Of a DNA stretch of 64,000 nucleotides, positions 1 through 12,000 are shown piece by piece. The position numbers and the translations under genes were made by a program. The first letter of the stretch is position 1. Each line of letters opens with the position of its first letter. The notes under the pieces are model-generated. The model ran no database searches. It saw nothing but the letters and a program-made list of their open reading frames with translations, and was not told where the DNA came from. Source of the stretch: Eimeria praecox (taxonomy: Eukaryota); contig OY986946.1 of the NCBI GenBank assembly GCA_963920595.1, positions 7,130,001 to 7,194,000 of the forward strand, given 5' to 3'.

Positions 1-639
1 CTGCCCCCACCGTCCGCTGTAGCCTAAGAAAGCGCCAAAGAGAATATTATCAACTGCACGTCTTCGAAGCAGCGCGCAACGATATTCGTACTCCTCAGCC
101 AGAAGACGCAGTGCGGCTTCGCGGGTGTCTTGGGGGCCCCCAATGGGGCCCTGGAGGGCCCCGGGGGCCCCCCCCTGCATGCGAGCTGCCCGGCGCAGGC
201 GGAACGGGAATGAGTGGAAGGGGGAAAGCGAACAAAATGAGGGCGTCAAAGATTGCATGCTACGGATAGCTAAAGACCGCAGCCAGAAAGGAGCGTGATC
301 AATACAAATATACTGTACACTAGCTAGGCGAGGGCCCATCTCCTCTGTACGCCATTCACAGCCAGGAAGCAGCTGCTGCAGCAGCCCTGAAGCAGCAGCA
401 GCAGCAGCAGCAGCAGCAGGTACACCCGAAACAGGAGAGCCAGCAGCATTGTTTGCAAAGGCCGGGCCGTAGACTGAAGCAATAAACGAACTATCCCTCT
501 CTAGACGACGCATCCAAGCAGCAATATCAGATAGCTGAGCATGCTGTCCTCCCACATCAAAGAGAAAAAGAAGCGAAACGCGGCCATACAAACGCTCCAC
601 CAGCTGCACGCATGCAAGCCCCAACACAAGGACCACTGG

Positions 640-1506
640 TCAGTCCACTGTAGCATCACAGAGGGGGTAAACATCTCTACAGACCTGCAGCAAAAGTGTA
701 AGGGAGAGAAACTGATTAACACCCACCGATATCTTTGGTAGCATCTTCCCAGGACTGGGGGAGTGAACTACCCTCCCTCTAAGCCTAAACCCTTGTGTCT
801 GTACAGACTGCCTTGACTCCTCCTGCAAGTCAAAAGGAGTAACAACGAAAAGGGGGGGGAGCTTCGTTGCCTGGTGGGGAGGAAGCAGACGAGACGGGTA
901 ATGATGAGCTGCGGTCATCCCGTCAACATAGCGTCTGTATACGATTGGAGATGAATATGTACCCCTGGGGGCCCCGTCTAGGGCCCCATAAGAAGCATCT
1001 GCTGCAGCTGCAGCGCCTGTAAACGGCCAGGATATGGCGCGTTTGACGCGGCGCCACAAGGCTCGTACATCGTTGGCCTGCAATTGCTGCTGAAATTCAG
1101 ACAGCGAGATGAAGCTACTGGGCTCACGGAGAGGGCCCCCCCCCAGATGACCCTTCAGTGAAGAAATGCTGGAAGAATTGTCTGCTGACAGCTCCCGGCG
1201 AGCCCTTTCCAGGATGTCTGCAGGCCACGGGACGCCTGAGCCTGTTGGCGTGTCAACGGAAACAGCCTTGCTCTCTGCAGGGGGGTCTGATGCATGCTCT
1301 CTGGGCACTCTGGGGAGAGCTGAGGAAGAGGCAGGCGTATCTTGGTGGAGGGAACGGCGCTGATGAAGGGGAAAACATGCTAAGGGCTGAGACGCTGCTG
1401 CAGGTCTGCTGAGGCCAGCGTACGGCCACACGCTGACAGCTCTCCTTAAGGAGCAGCAAAGACTCCAAAAGGGTCTGCATTTTTCAACTCGTGAACACCG
1501 AAACAT
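640..1506 (-). CDS. Hypothetical protein, possibly mitochondrially targeted; 3' end uncertain
   Basis: Open frame of about 290 codons in non-repetitive DNA. First ATG is at 1506 (MFRCSRVEKCRPFWSLCCSLRRAVSVW..., Arg/Ser-rich N-terminus). A possible short intron near 685-726 could change the C-terminus. No recognisable domain. Confidence 0.4.
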   Translation of the reverse strand: MFRCSRVEKCRPFWSLCCSLRRAVSVWPYAGLSRPAAASQPLACFPLHQRRSLHQDTPASSSALPRVPREHASDPPAESKAVSVDTPTGSGVPWPADILERARRELSADNSSSISSLKGHLGGGPLREPSSFISLSEFQQQLQANDVRALWRRVKRAISWPFTGAAAAADASYGALDGAPRGTYSSPIVYRRYVDGMTAAHHYPSRLLPPHQATKLPPLFVVTPFDLQEESRQSVQTQGFRLRGRVVHSPSPGKMLPKISVGVNQFLSLTLLLQVCRDVYPLCDATVD

Positions 1507-4093
1507 TCCCAACAACGGAGCAAAGGCGAGTAGAAGTACGGAAACGAGGCAGCCGATGATGGCGGCTGACGTTCAGGTGGGTGTTCGCCGCATGTTTTGG
1601 CATTGAAAATACCACACTGTTGGAGAAGAAAACTTGAAAAGGAATAAGAAAGAGGAAATCAAGCAAATTTAACCAAGTTCAACTTTTCCTGTTTCCCCCA
1701 CAACCCCCAGTGTCAATGTTTGCTCGAGTCGGCCGACCGCCGATGAAGACGGTTTCGCGTTTGAAGTTCTGGCTCTAATAAAAGAAAGAGAGTTAATAAA
1801 AATCAAAAGATAGAAATTCAGAATATCATTCCTTTAGAATAATACGTAGATATGTTTGTTTCGCTCCCCCCGATTTCGTGTCGACGTAGCCTGCATCGGT
1901 TGCAACAATTGCTAGAACCTGCAAAGAAGGATGAACTTCCTCCTTTAAGCGCCAATGTTCTGAGTCAAATAAGTTAAGTAGCTGTTACTTATGGTTTCAA
2001 GGTTTCTAGGCAGCAGGGCATTTTACTAAGACAATTGTCATCGGCCCAGGGACGGGCCCTTGCAATCGCCGTGCGAAAAGTGGGCAGAATGCAAGTTTTG
2101 TAGGCTGTTTCAAGATCACCGGAAATTGCATATACTGTCCGCCTTCGTATCTTGTACTTTGAAGGGAAGCAGATGAGGGTAGCAGCGACGCTGCGTCTTG
2201 TTTGAAACAAACAGGCAAGGGTAGCCTGAGGTTCGGGTTTCAACATCAAGACAAAAGATGGAATCCCTATCTACTAAATTACCGGCGCTTGCAACAAAAA
2301 CTCGGGTCACAGATACACGAATAAGCCCGCCGTCCTGCACCTGCCAAGGAGATTGGGTCTGCTTTCCTTGTGCTAAGCTGGCGCCACTCTCCTTCTCTTC
2401 TGGCTTTGTGGCTGTCTCGATGCCTTCACGCTTTCCAGCATGGCCACTGGTACCCACAAGAAGGTGCATGCAACGTAAACAAAGCATATGCAGACTTGAA
2501 AGGGGAAAGCTGGACTTTCAGTAGAGCGTTAGAGGCGAAGTGACCCTGCGAAGTGAAGGGCAGGGGCTGGCGTGCAGTAGTATGCTTCTTTCAGAGCCAG
2601 TAGTTAAGGTCCTCATTAATCCCCGTAAGGCCCCGCCTTCTTCCATTTGTATGATGAAAAGTGTCAGCTCATGAGCTCGCACTCAACGCACATACGCAGA
2701 GATATAGATTCAATTTACTAATATATGCGTAGCCTGTGTATTGGCTCAATTGTGGCGGTGGATACGTTAACGTTTCTAACCCGTTGGACCTTCGATGCAA
2801 ATTCCACGGTTTCTCCCCCCTTTCACACTTTCACGCCTGCTTCTTTTAGTGTGAATCCTCCTGTAGTGTGGACTCAAGGGGCACTTGCTTTTAGGCAAGA
2901 ATCGTGCACAGGCAAGCTGGTGTTGATGCCTTGCGGTTAGTGGAGGGAAGATTTTTGATGCTGATTAACTCTGGTTTCGTACTTCATACGCTGCTTAAGT
3001 CAGCAACGCTCTGCTACGAAGTGGATCGCCTTGCGTTCCAGCATAGTAGGGAGGACAGGCCCTCTAAGATAATCTACTTTCCTCCCTGTTTCTAACGTGC
3101 ATGCCTGCTCAAACTAGTCATCCGAGTAGAACAAGAATGGCAAGCCTCCCACCATCCTGCAGAGCTGGTGGCTTCTTCCCGGCCTAGGTGTTTCTTGCCA
3201 CTCTTTAGCCAACATACCGAAAAGATGCAAGAGGACTTTCGAAGTTGCATTATTCTAAGGGGCGTGTGTAGAATAGCGTCTTTCAGACATTTCATCTATC
3301 TGCCCTTATCATTTTGCTTTCTTGGTTGAACTGTGGACCCTCAGGAATATGACTTCCTGGATTCGAAGCAACCTGAAACCAATCTTCTGAGTTTAAAGCG
3401 TACCCTTCAAGCTACCTTTGAGCTTTGGCGCCTTCAACTTTGCATTTCAGTTGAGCTTTCGGCTACCCCGAGGGTGTGCGTTCCTTTTGGCAAAGCACTC
3501 TTTGGAGAAAGCTGTATTCCAAGCTACCACACGATTTTGTGCTTAACGCTGGCTAATACTTGCTGCAGTGAGCTGACCCAGGAGCAAAACAAAGTAGCGG
3601 CAGGCGTTAACTCTCGATACATGTTAGGAAGCATACAAGCATACGTTTTGGGCGTGCTTAGACCGCCGCACTATTCAATTGCAAGGCAGTTACAGAAGAT
3701 GTTAAATGTAGCAATGGGCGCATTTCTTCAACCTTGCCAGATTCTGTATTTGCAATAAAATGGCCGCTCATTCACTTTATGTGAAATCGCCCTAGTTTTC
3801 ATGAACACGGAACAAAGAGCCCAAGTGCTGGCACGCTGAACCACCTTTAAGCTCCCGAGAGTTATAACGAGCTCCCGCTGCGACCTGCACGAGGCGCAGC
3901 CACTTTTGCTACCGATTTGGCAACACATAATTCTCCAGTTTTAGGAGAAACGCACAGCTGTCTGCACCGCGCTTCTACAGCAGCAGCATTCCGAGGCTCC
4001 ACGCGGAATAACTTCAGTGGGGCGAGACTCCGGCCTTGAACCTTCTAGGGCCTCCTTGACCAGATTTAGAGTGGACGGAGAGCAATCATTTAC

Positions 4094-7000
4094 CTAGTGC
4101 ATCTCAGCATCAACGTATTCAGCGGCAAGGTACCTTCCCTTCATGTGGGGAGCAGCCTCGATGACCATAGGAGCAGGGGCCATCTTAGTAGGAGCAGACT
4201 CAATGACCATAGGAGCGTGGGCCATCTTAGTGGGAGCAGACTCAATGACCATAGGAGCAGGGGCCATCTTGGTAGGAGCAGACTCAATGATCATAGGGGG
4301 AGGGGCCTTAGTGGGGGCTGCCTGAACAACCCTAGGAGCAGGGGCTACCTTTGTAGGAGCAGCCTGAACGACCATAGGAGCGGCCTTCTTGGTAGGTGCT
4401 GCCATCACAACAGGAGGAGGCGCCATCTTGACTGGCTGAGAAACATAGGCAGCCTTCTTCTTCTTCTTGCCTAAACCGCGCTCAGTGGCACTCTCGTGCT
4501 GTTCAGCTTCGAACTGCTCGGTTTCGAAGTGCATTTCAGTCTCATCCTCAGCAGCAAGGTATCTTCCCTTCTTGGTGGGGGCAGCTTCAATGATCACAGG
4601 CGCAGCCTTCTTAGTGGGTGCTGCCATCACAATCGGAGCAGGGGCCTTGGTAGGGGCAACGTATTTCTGGGGAGGAGGAGCAACCTTCATGGGCTGAGAT
4701 ACATAGGCAACCTTCTTCTTCTTGCCCAAGCCACGCTCAGCAGCGGTAGCGTGCTGTACAGTCTCACTCTCGAACTGCTCTGCTTCGAACTGCATCTCGA
4801 CCTCATCCTCAGCAGCGAGGTATCTTCCCTTCACGTGGGGGGCAGCTTCAATGACCATAGGAGCATGATCCATCTTTGTATGAGCAGCTTCAACGACCAT
4901 AGGAGCAGGGGCCATCTTAGTAGGAGCAGACTCAATGACCATAGGAGCATGGGCCATCTTAGTGGGAGCAGACTCAATGACCATAGGAGCAGGGGCCATC
5001 TTGGTAGGAGCAGATTCAATGATCATAGGGGCAGGGGCCTTAGTGGGGGCAGCCTGAACGACCCTAGGAGCAGGGGCTACCTTTGTAGGAGCAGCCTGAA
5101 CGACCATAGGAGCGGCCTTCTTGGTAGGTGCTGCCATCACAACAGGAGGAGGCGCCATCTTGACTGGCTGAGAAACATAGACAGCCTTCTTCTTCTTCTT
5201 GCCTAAACCGCGCTCGGTGGCACTCTCGTGCTGTTCAGTTTCGAACTGCTCGGCTTCAAAGTGCATTTCAGTCTCATCCTCAGCAGCGAGGTATCTTCCC
5301 TTCTTGGTGGGGGCAGCTTCAATGATCACAGGTGCAGCCTTCTTAGTGGGTGCTGCCATCACAATGGGAGCAGGGGCCTTGGTAGGGGCAACGTATTTCT
5401 GGGGAGGAGGAGCAACCTTCATGGGCTGAGATACGTAAGTAACCTTCTTCTTCTTGCCCAAGCCACGCTCAGCAGCAGAATCGTATTGTTCAGTCTCAGT
5501 CTCGAACTGCTCTGTTTCGAATTGCACTTCAGTCTCATCCTCAGCAGCGAGGTATCTTCCCTTCTTGGTGGGGGCGGCCTCAATGATCACGGGAGCTGCT
5601 TCAATGATCATCGGAGCAGCTTTCTTTGTCGGCGCAGCCATCATGATTGGGGCAGGTGCCATCTTCACAGGTTCAGCAACGTATGTGGCCTTCTTCTTCT
5701 TGCCCAAGCTGCGTTGAGCAGGTGTTTCGTAGTCTTCAGTCTCGAGCTGCTCTGTTTCGAACTGCATTTCAGTCTCATCCTCAGCAGCGAGGTATCTTCC
5801 CTTCTTGACGGGTGCAGCTTCAATGATCATCGGAGGAGCCTTCTTCGTAGGCGCAGCCATCATGATTGGAGCGGGTGCGACCTTCACAGGTTCGGCAACG
5901 TAAGCGACCTTCTTCTTCTTGCCCAAGCTACGCTCACTTGGTGCTTCGTAGTCTTCAGTCTCGAAGTGTTCAGATTCAAACTGCATCTCGACCTCATCCT
6001 CAGCAGCGAGGTATCTTCCCTTCTTGGTGGGAGCTGCTTCGATGATCACAGGCGCAGCCTTCTTAGTGGGTGCTGCCATCACAATGGGAGCAGGGGCCTT
6101 GGTAGGGGCAACGTATTTCTGGGGAGGAGGAGCAACCTTCATGGGCTGAGATACGTAAGTAACCTTCTTCTTCTTGCCCAAGCTACGCTCAGCAGCGGTG
6201 TCGTACTGCTCAGTTTCAAACTGTTCAGCTTCAAACTGCATCTCGGCCTCATCCTCAGCAGCGAGGTATCTTCCCTTCTTGGTGGGAGCTGCTTCAATGA
6301 TCACAGGCGCAGCCTTCTTAGTGGGTGCTGCCATCACAATGGGAGCAGGGGCCTTGGTAGGGGCAACGTATTTCTGGGGAGGAGGAGCAACCTTCATGGG
6401 CTGAGATACATAGGCAACCTTCTTCTTCTTGCCCAAGCCACGCTCAGCAGCGGTAGCGTGCTGTACAGTCTCACTCTCGAACTGCTCTGCTTCGAACTGC
6501 ATCTCGACCTCATCCTCAGCAGCGAGGTATCTTCCCTTCATGTGGGGGGCAGCTTCAATGACCATAGGAGCATGATCCATCTTTGTATGAGCAGCTTCAA
6601 CGACCATAGGAGCAGGGGCCATCTTAGTAGGAGCAGACTCAATGACCATAGGAGCATGGGCCATCTTAGTGGGAGCAGACTCAATGACCATAGGAGCAGG
6701 GGCCATCTTGGTAGGAGCAGATTCAATGATCATAGGGGCAGGGGCCTTAGTGGGGGCAGCCTGAACAACCCTAGGAGCAGGGGCTACCTTTGTAGGAGCA
6801 GCCTGAACGACCATAGGAGCGGCCTTCTTGGTAGGTGCTGCCATCACAACAGGAGGAGGCGCCATCTTGACTGGCTGGGAAACATAGACAGCCTTCTTCT
6901 TCTTCTTGCCCAGACCGCGCTCAGTGGCACTCTCGTGCTGTTCAGCTTCGAACTGCTCAGTTTCAAAGTGCATTTCAGTCTCATCCTCAGCAGCGAGGTA

Positions 7001-7981
7001 TCTTCCCTTCTTGGTGGGAGCTGCTTCAATGATCACAGGCGCAGCCTTCTTAGTGGGTGCTGCCATCACAATGGGAGCAGGGGCCTTGGTAGGGGCAACG
7101 TATTTCTGGGGAGGAGGAGCAACCTTCATGGGCTGAGATACGTAAGTAACCTTCTTCTTCTTGCCCAAGCCACGCTCAGCAGCAGAATCGTATTGTTCAG
7201 TCTCAGTCTCGAACTGCTCTGTTTCGAATTGCACTTCAGTCTCATCCTCAGCAGCGAGGTATCTTCCCTTCTTGACGGGTGCAGCTTCAATGATCATCGG
7301 AGGAGCCTTCTTCGTAGGCGCAGCCATCATGATTGGGGCAGGTGCCATCTTCACTGGTTCAGCAACGTACGTGACCTTCTTCTTCTTGCCCAACTCGCGA
7401 CTAGCTGCAGGCTCAGTAGTCTGCTCTTCCTCGTAAGCTTCGGCATCTGCATCCTCAGTGGCAAGATACCGACGCATACCAGACTGAGGGTTTTGAGGAG
7501 TAGGTGGAATTGGATAAATTCGTCTTCGTGTAGGGTCGTGTGGAACAGCAGGGGGAGGGAAACCGAAAATTTCAGTTCCCGTATAGTGTGCCGCCTTACC
7601 GTCTCCGTGTCCGTATCCCTGTGATTCGTATTCCTCGCCTTCCGCTACCTTCTCGGTTTCACCAAGTTGTTCCTCGCTAGAGCCAGAGACTGTGAACGTG
7701 TTGCTTGTGGTCGTATCACATTGACCCCTGTTTCTGAGCTTCTTCCTCCAATCCGGACGATCTGATTCGTCACCTTCGGCATTAACGTGTTCAGCATAGC
7801 CCTCTTCGGTGTGTGGAAGGCCGAAACCCTCCGCATCCATGCTTTCCGTCACCGCAGCAGTGGACTCTTGAGCGTCCTGGTAGGTAGTGCTGCTCTCAAG
7901 AGTTTCGTAGCTCTGAGAGCCCACTTCTGCTGCCAGGGATATACCTGGCAGCACGAGCAATAAAGACGAGTGCAACCTCAT
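4094..7981 (-). CDS. Secreted repetitive polyprotein-like protein (1295 aa) with 11 acidic/basic module pairs delimited by RxL motifs
   Basis: Single uninterrupted ORF, ATG at 7981. Hydrophobic signal peptide MRLHSSLLLVLPGISLA. 12 RYL motifs and 11 R[G/S/E]LGKKKK motifs. Many differences between repeat copies are synonymous, consistent with coding selection. Confidence 0.9.
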   Translation of the reverse strand: MRLHSSLLLVLPGISLAAEVGSQSYETLESSTTYQDAQESTAAVTESMDAEGFGLPHTEEGYAEHVNAEGDESDRPDWRKKLRNRGQCDTTTSNTFTVSGSSEEQLGETEKVAEGEEYESQGYGHGDGKAAHYTGTEIFGFPPPAVPHDPTRRRIYPIPPTPQNPQSGMRRYLATEDADAEAYEEEQTTEPAASRELGKKKKVTYVAEPVKMAPAPIMMAAPTKKAPPMIIEAAPVKKGRYLAAEDETEVQFETEQFETETEQYDSAAERGLGKKKKVTYVSQPMKVAPPPQKYVAPTKAPAPIVMAAPTKKAAPVIIEAAPTKKGRYLAAEDETEMHFETEQFEAEQHESATERGLGKKKKKAVYVSQPVKMAPPPVVMAAPTKKAAPMVVQAAPTKVAPAPRVVQAAPTKAPAPMIIESAPTKMAPAPMVIESAPTKMAHAPMVIESAPTKMAPAPMVVEAAHTKMDHAPMVIEAAPHMKGRYLAAEDEVEMQFEAEQFESETVQHATAAERGLGKKKKVAYVSQPMKVAPPPQKYVAPTKAPAPIVMAAPTKKAAPVIIEAAPTKKGRYLAAEDEAEMQFEAEQFETEQYDTAAERSLGKKKKVTYVSQPMKVAPPPQKYVAPTKAPAPIVMAAPTKKAAPVIIEAAPTKKGRYLAAEDEVEMQFESEHFETEDYEAPSERSLGKKKKVAYVAEPVKVAPAPIMMAAPTKKAPPMIIEAAPVKKGRYLAAEDETEMQFETEQLETEDYETPAQRSLGKKKKATYVAEPVKMAPAPIMMAAPTKKAAPMIIEAAPVIIEAAPTKKGRYLAAEDETEVQFETEQFETETEQYDSAAERGLGKKKKVTYVSQPMKVAPPPQKYVAPTKAPAPIVMAAPTKKAAPVIIEAAPTKKGRYLAAEDETEMHFEAEQFETEQHESATERGLGKKKKKAVYVSQPVKMAPPPVVMAAPTKKAAPMVVQAAPTKVAPAPRVVQAAPTKAPAPMIIESAPTKMAPAPMVIESAPTKMAHAPMVIESAPTKMAPAPMVVEAAHTKMDHAPMVIEAAPHVKGRYLAAEDEVEMQFEAEQFESETVQHATAAERGLGKKKKVAYVSQPMKVAPPPQKYVAPTKAPAPIVMAAPTKKAAPVIIEAAPTKKGRYLAAEDETEMHFETEQFEAEQHESATERGLGKKKKKAAYVSQPVKMAPPPVVMAAPTKKAAPMVVQAAPTKVAPAPRVVQAAPTKAPPPMIIESAPTKMAPAPMVIESAPTKMAHAPMVIESAPTKMAPAPMVIEAAPHMKGRYLAAEYVDAEMH
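4540..7275. repeat. Higher-order intragenic duplication (offsets of 1707 bp and 732 bp)
   Basis: Identical or near-identical shadow ORFs recur at 4831/6538, 5199/6906 and 5454/7161 (offset 1707), and at 4467/5199 and 6174/6906 (offset 732). Confidence 0.85.
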
Positions 7982-9549
7982 CTTCACTGGGCGTGACCGA
8001 GCTTTGGGCTGTAACTAAGACCTGCAAACAACTAAAAAAAAACGTGTCTTCAACTATGGCGCTTTTTCAAAAAAACCAACTTTATAACCATATGACGGCC
8101 CGATATCTTTGTTCAGGTGGCTGCGGATAGGAGTTGCGGGGAGGGTTGTGTGGGGTCATGCAGCTGCGCGACCTATCGGAACACTGCTTACCTGGCCCAC
8201 GGCTCCGCTGCAGGCGAAATCTTAAGCTACAACGCCCTTTCCTCTTTAATAAAATTTTTCATGATTTAATGAAGCAATAACAAGGTGATTTATGGCCCCT
8301 TGCTGGGGATTTCAGCCAATGCTATCCCCCATTACACCGTGCCGGTCCCCTGGGTGACCCGTCCTGAATGCTCCGCGCGTCTGTCTCTCAGTTGAAATAT
8401 TTATTTATAAAGATTTAAAGCGTCTTCTTTTATCACATTCTGTTTCAATTTGTCCATGCTATGCACTTTTCAGCCGGTTTTTGCCCTCGACAGCACTTCC
8501 ATACGAACGGTCCACTCTCGTTAGAAGTAGATAGTACACGCTTTCCACCCGTTCCTTCGCAACGCCAGTTCGTTGGTTTCAGAGGCTCTGAAAATAAATT
8601 ATTTTGCTCTATAAAGGCTTTTACTACAAAAAGAGGGCAGCTGGCTGCAAAAGACCGTTACCGTGCAACGAAGCTTGCATGGTGCTCGCAGAGCAAGGAA
8701 GCTCGCATGGTGCTTGCAGCGCACTCCTGAATTGCGCGTAGAGCAACAGTACTATGATTAGGCGGGTATTTATCTTCTGAACATTACAATAGAGTGGTGA
8801 AACGCAACATCCGGTCAACAGCTCGAAAGCTGCTGTAGTACCGTGGTCGACCTCTGTTTGACGAGGCGGCTGTATGCTGGTGCTAAGGAGCTGACCACCC
8901 ATATGTGCTAATCCTAGGTTAACAATTTAATCCATACTGGCCTTCAGGTTGGGTATTCACCATCCCTGCAAAGACGTGCACTCACTCACGCTGAATATTG
9001 CATGCGGTTCAGGTCGCAAGATTGCAGCATAACCTGCCTGAAGCTGGAACGCGCATTGAGCACAGACTGGCTATCGAGGGACACGTAAGCGTTTCCCAGC
9101 TGTATATAGTGCCACCGCATGCAACAGAAGGTTTGTAGATGTGCTCGCACTTAAGGATTCCCTGCAGCACTCAGTGAAACATAGTGGGTTGCAGTTCATG
9201 ACAGCCCGTATCCACTCTACACCACCTCCAGGCCCCAAGTCGTTGTGCCCAGGACTCCTGAAGACTGAAGCCTACTCTAACTGCTTACGGGTAGCTCTCG
9301 TGCCAATTGCTTGACTGTATTGGGGCTTTCAACGATCCTAAGCTAAGACTGAGGTCACTCGCTATATGTGATTATTATATGGCACGGTTTGGGGAGCAGA
9401 TGAGAGCGCAAAACCCCAGCCTCACAGCTTGGAGCACTGGTGCATTGCACTGATTAGTAACAAAGGCAGTCTGCAAAAGAATATAACACGCTTCAAGTAT
9501 TCTTCCTAAGAACCTTGTCAGAACTTTAGCCGTTCTCTCGCATGGCGGG

Positions 9550-12000
9550 CATGGATCAGGATCTCCGGTGTGCATGTGACCAACGGCAAGGCCCCTCATT
9601 GGAGAAAGCACATTTTCTGCATCCTACTCAGCGAAAGTCTTACCGACGTAGGCAATTCATGAAGAATTTCACTACCTTTGCCAACAGTTCAAATGTGATG
9701 CAACCAGCGACGTGGGCACAGTGTTGGGGCCCCTTGCTTCTGTCGAGTTCGTCTTCCAAACTCGCAGTAATTGCTATAGTTGGTATGATCATATTCTGCA
9801 GTTGAATGAGAGGCACGACTACTGTGGTTCTATCTAAGCAAGATGCACCACTTTCCCGGAGCACATCAGATCAGTGGAGACTAAGCATAAAGCGGAGTTC
9901 GCTTTCGGAAGCGAACTCCGCTTTATGCTTATCCTACGTAGGCAAACAAACACTCTATGGTCTAACTGAGAAAGCTCAAGCAAGGGAAGTTATCGATAGA
10001 AGCTTCGTAGAGAAGTGTCAGTCGTTAGTGAGCCGAAATCCAGCAGCTGGTGCGGAACTTCTATATCAATGGTTCGTGGCAGGTCCACCCTCCACGGAGA
10101 GGCAGCTGGCAACTGGCTGGGCAGCGAATAGCTTCCGAAACGTGGAAGTTGTCAAGATAATGGAGTTAAGTATCCAAGAAAGGAACCGTGCCCCTTCCGC
10201 CGCCGTAAGTGAGAAGGAAGGAAACGGTCGGGCTTGAAAATGAACCGGGGCGTAGAGCCTTTGAATCTTGGGGCCGTGAATGCCAGACCGCAAAGGAGAA
10301 ATATGTTCATCTGCAACAAGGCCACGCAATTGAAGACTAAATGCACACCAAAGCCACTAAGGAACTGGAGAAGCAAGAGTCTGGCCAGTGGCCAGTGACC
10401 ACTCAAACCGAATAGGGAAGCTTCCTGGCTCCCACCCATCGGAAGAGGTGACAGCCACACCTACAGTTCCACCTCTAGCCAACTCCGTGCTTGCTTAAAC
10501 TACTACTACTGGCCAGTAGTTGTTATCTCTGCACGACCCACGCTGGATACTGACATGATGTAACAAGCTGCAGCAAGCAGATGCGAACAACCTGTCTGCT
10601 CGTTTGCGCAACATTTGTGACTGCGTTTCGCCAGTGGTAAACAGGGCCCAAAGACTGGTAAAGCCGTGAGTGCAAAATTCGAGCTCAATTCATAAATGGG
10701 TCAAACTGGCATGATATATGGCTGTCATGTTGGACCAGTTCACCACAACCTATTTTGAGGCATGTCGTGGAGGACTCATTAGAACACAAACCAGGAGACT
10801 TATGAATGAAAGTAATGAAGCGGAAACATTCAAAGCATCACTTTACAGATGCACTAAAGAAGGAGCTTCCAGAAGCCTAGGGTCTGCTGGACGAACAATG
10901 CAGTGCACTGAATTCATCCCAGGACAAGCCTCAAGCTTTGTTCCCAGCCCACCGTTGATTCTTAAAGAGGTTATTGGACTTCAACCAGAGGAACACACAT
11001 GAGCATTGGCAAAGCTTAATCTTCGACTAACGCGTTTGGGCACAATCCGGTCTTGGCGGGAAAATGTGGAGGAGGGGTGGCAAATGGGACTCAACGTAGC
11101 AAGACAACGGAGAAGCAAAAATGTCTGTTGCCCAAGATCGACGAACTCCTTGCTTGCTTGCACGGTTCAGCACTAAATTTATCTGGCGTCGCTGACACGT
11201 TTCGTAGCTCCCAGCACGTCCCGACAACCTGCACAAGACAGCGTTCTATACTCGGACTCGCAAACTATGGTGTTTGAGTCTGCCTGTTGGGTTCCTCAAC
11301 TCACCTGCCGAACTGCGGTGACAAGCCATTCACGACTTTGTGGAGCTAATCAATGCAGGATGATTGGTTATATACATGGGCAAGATGCTTGTATTCAGCG
11401 TGAATGTGCAGAAAAAATTGCAGCAACTTCCGGTCCAGCAAAAAAATGCCATTTGGGTGCAGCCATCTCTGCTGGGAACTGGCACGAGCGTTCAGAAATT
11501 CGAGCGTCTTGCATCCTACTTCACCCGTAGACTAGCTTGTATCACCGCCTCTCGAACGGATCAATTCAAGAATGAAAAGCTGCACATTTTGGCAGATACC
11601 AAAGAGGGAGCTGGCAGGAACCTCACGAGACACCTGAAATCGTTTTCAGTACTCAAGCTCCCTGATATCGACAAGCCGCTCTTCCAAAGCATCGACACTA
11701 GTGGCAACGTGACTGGATTGGTGCCCTTCCAACAAGCTGATGGCTGGAGAAAGCACCAAATAATCACCTTTTCCTGACCCTACTTCATGGAAAGACATCC
11801 GCAGTAACTAGCTGAGAAGGAGTTCTATGCGACCTGGTAGGGAGAGTAGAAGCATCAGTACTACTTGCATTGCAAGGGCCTCACAGTTCAAACTCATCAA
11901 TCCTTGACACGCCTAGTGAAAAATTTTCGAGACCTCGATAACGAAAGAGTTGTTCGGGGACTTTGCATGCACATGCATTACAGCTTTACAGCTAATACAC
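9550..12000 (+). mobile_element. Degenerate Ty3/gypsy LTR-retrotransposon remnant (gag-like region, RT, RNase H)
   Basis: Broken frames contain LPKIDELL (RT LPRIDELL), YMGKMLVFS (decayed YLDDILVFS), LKLPDIDKPLFQSIDTSG (RNase H LxxPDxxKPFxLxTDAS), AEKEFYA, and TVQTHQSL...ERVVR (TDHxSL...RxARW). Many stops and frameshifts. No LTRs identified and boundaries are approximate. Confidence 0.75.

Noticed and set aside
1989..3928. Short ORFs between the first gene and the polyprotein
   Set aside because: No recognisable motifs or consistent exon chain. This may be old transposon debris, but I cannot support that.
5228..7624. 798-aa ORF on the + strand and other antisense ORFs over the polyprotein
   Set aside because: Antisense shadow of a repetitive, codon-biased CDS. 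It has no ATG start and no protein-like features.
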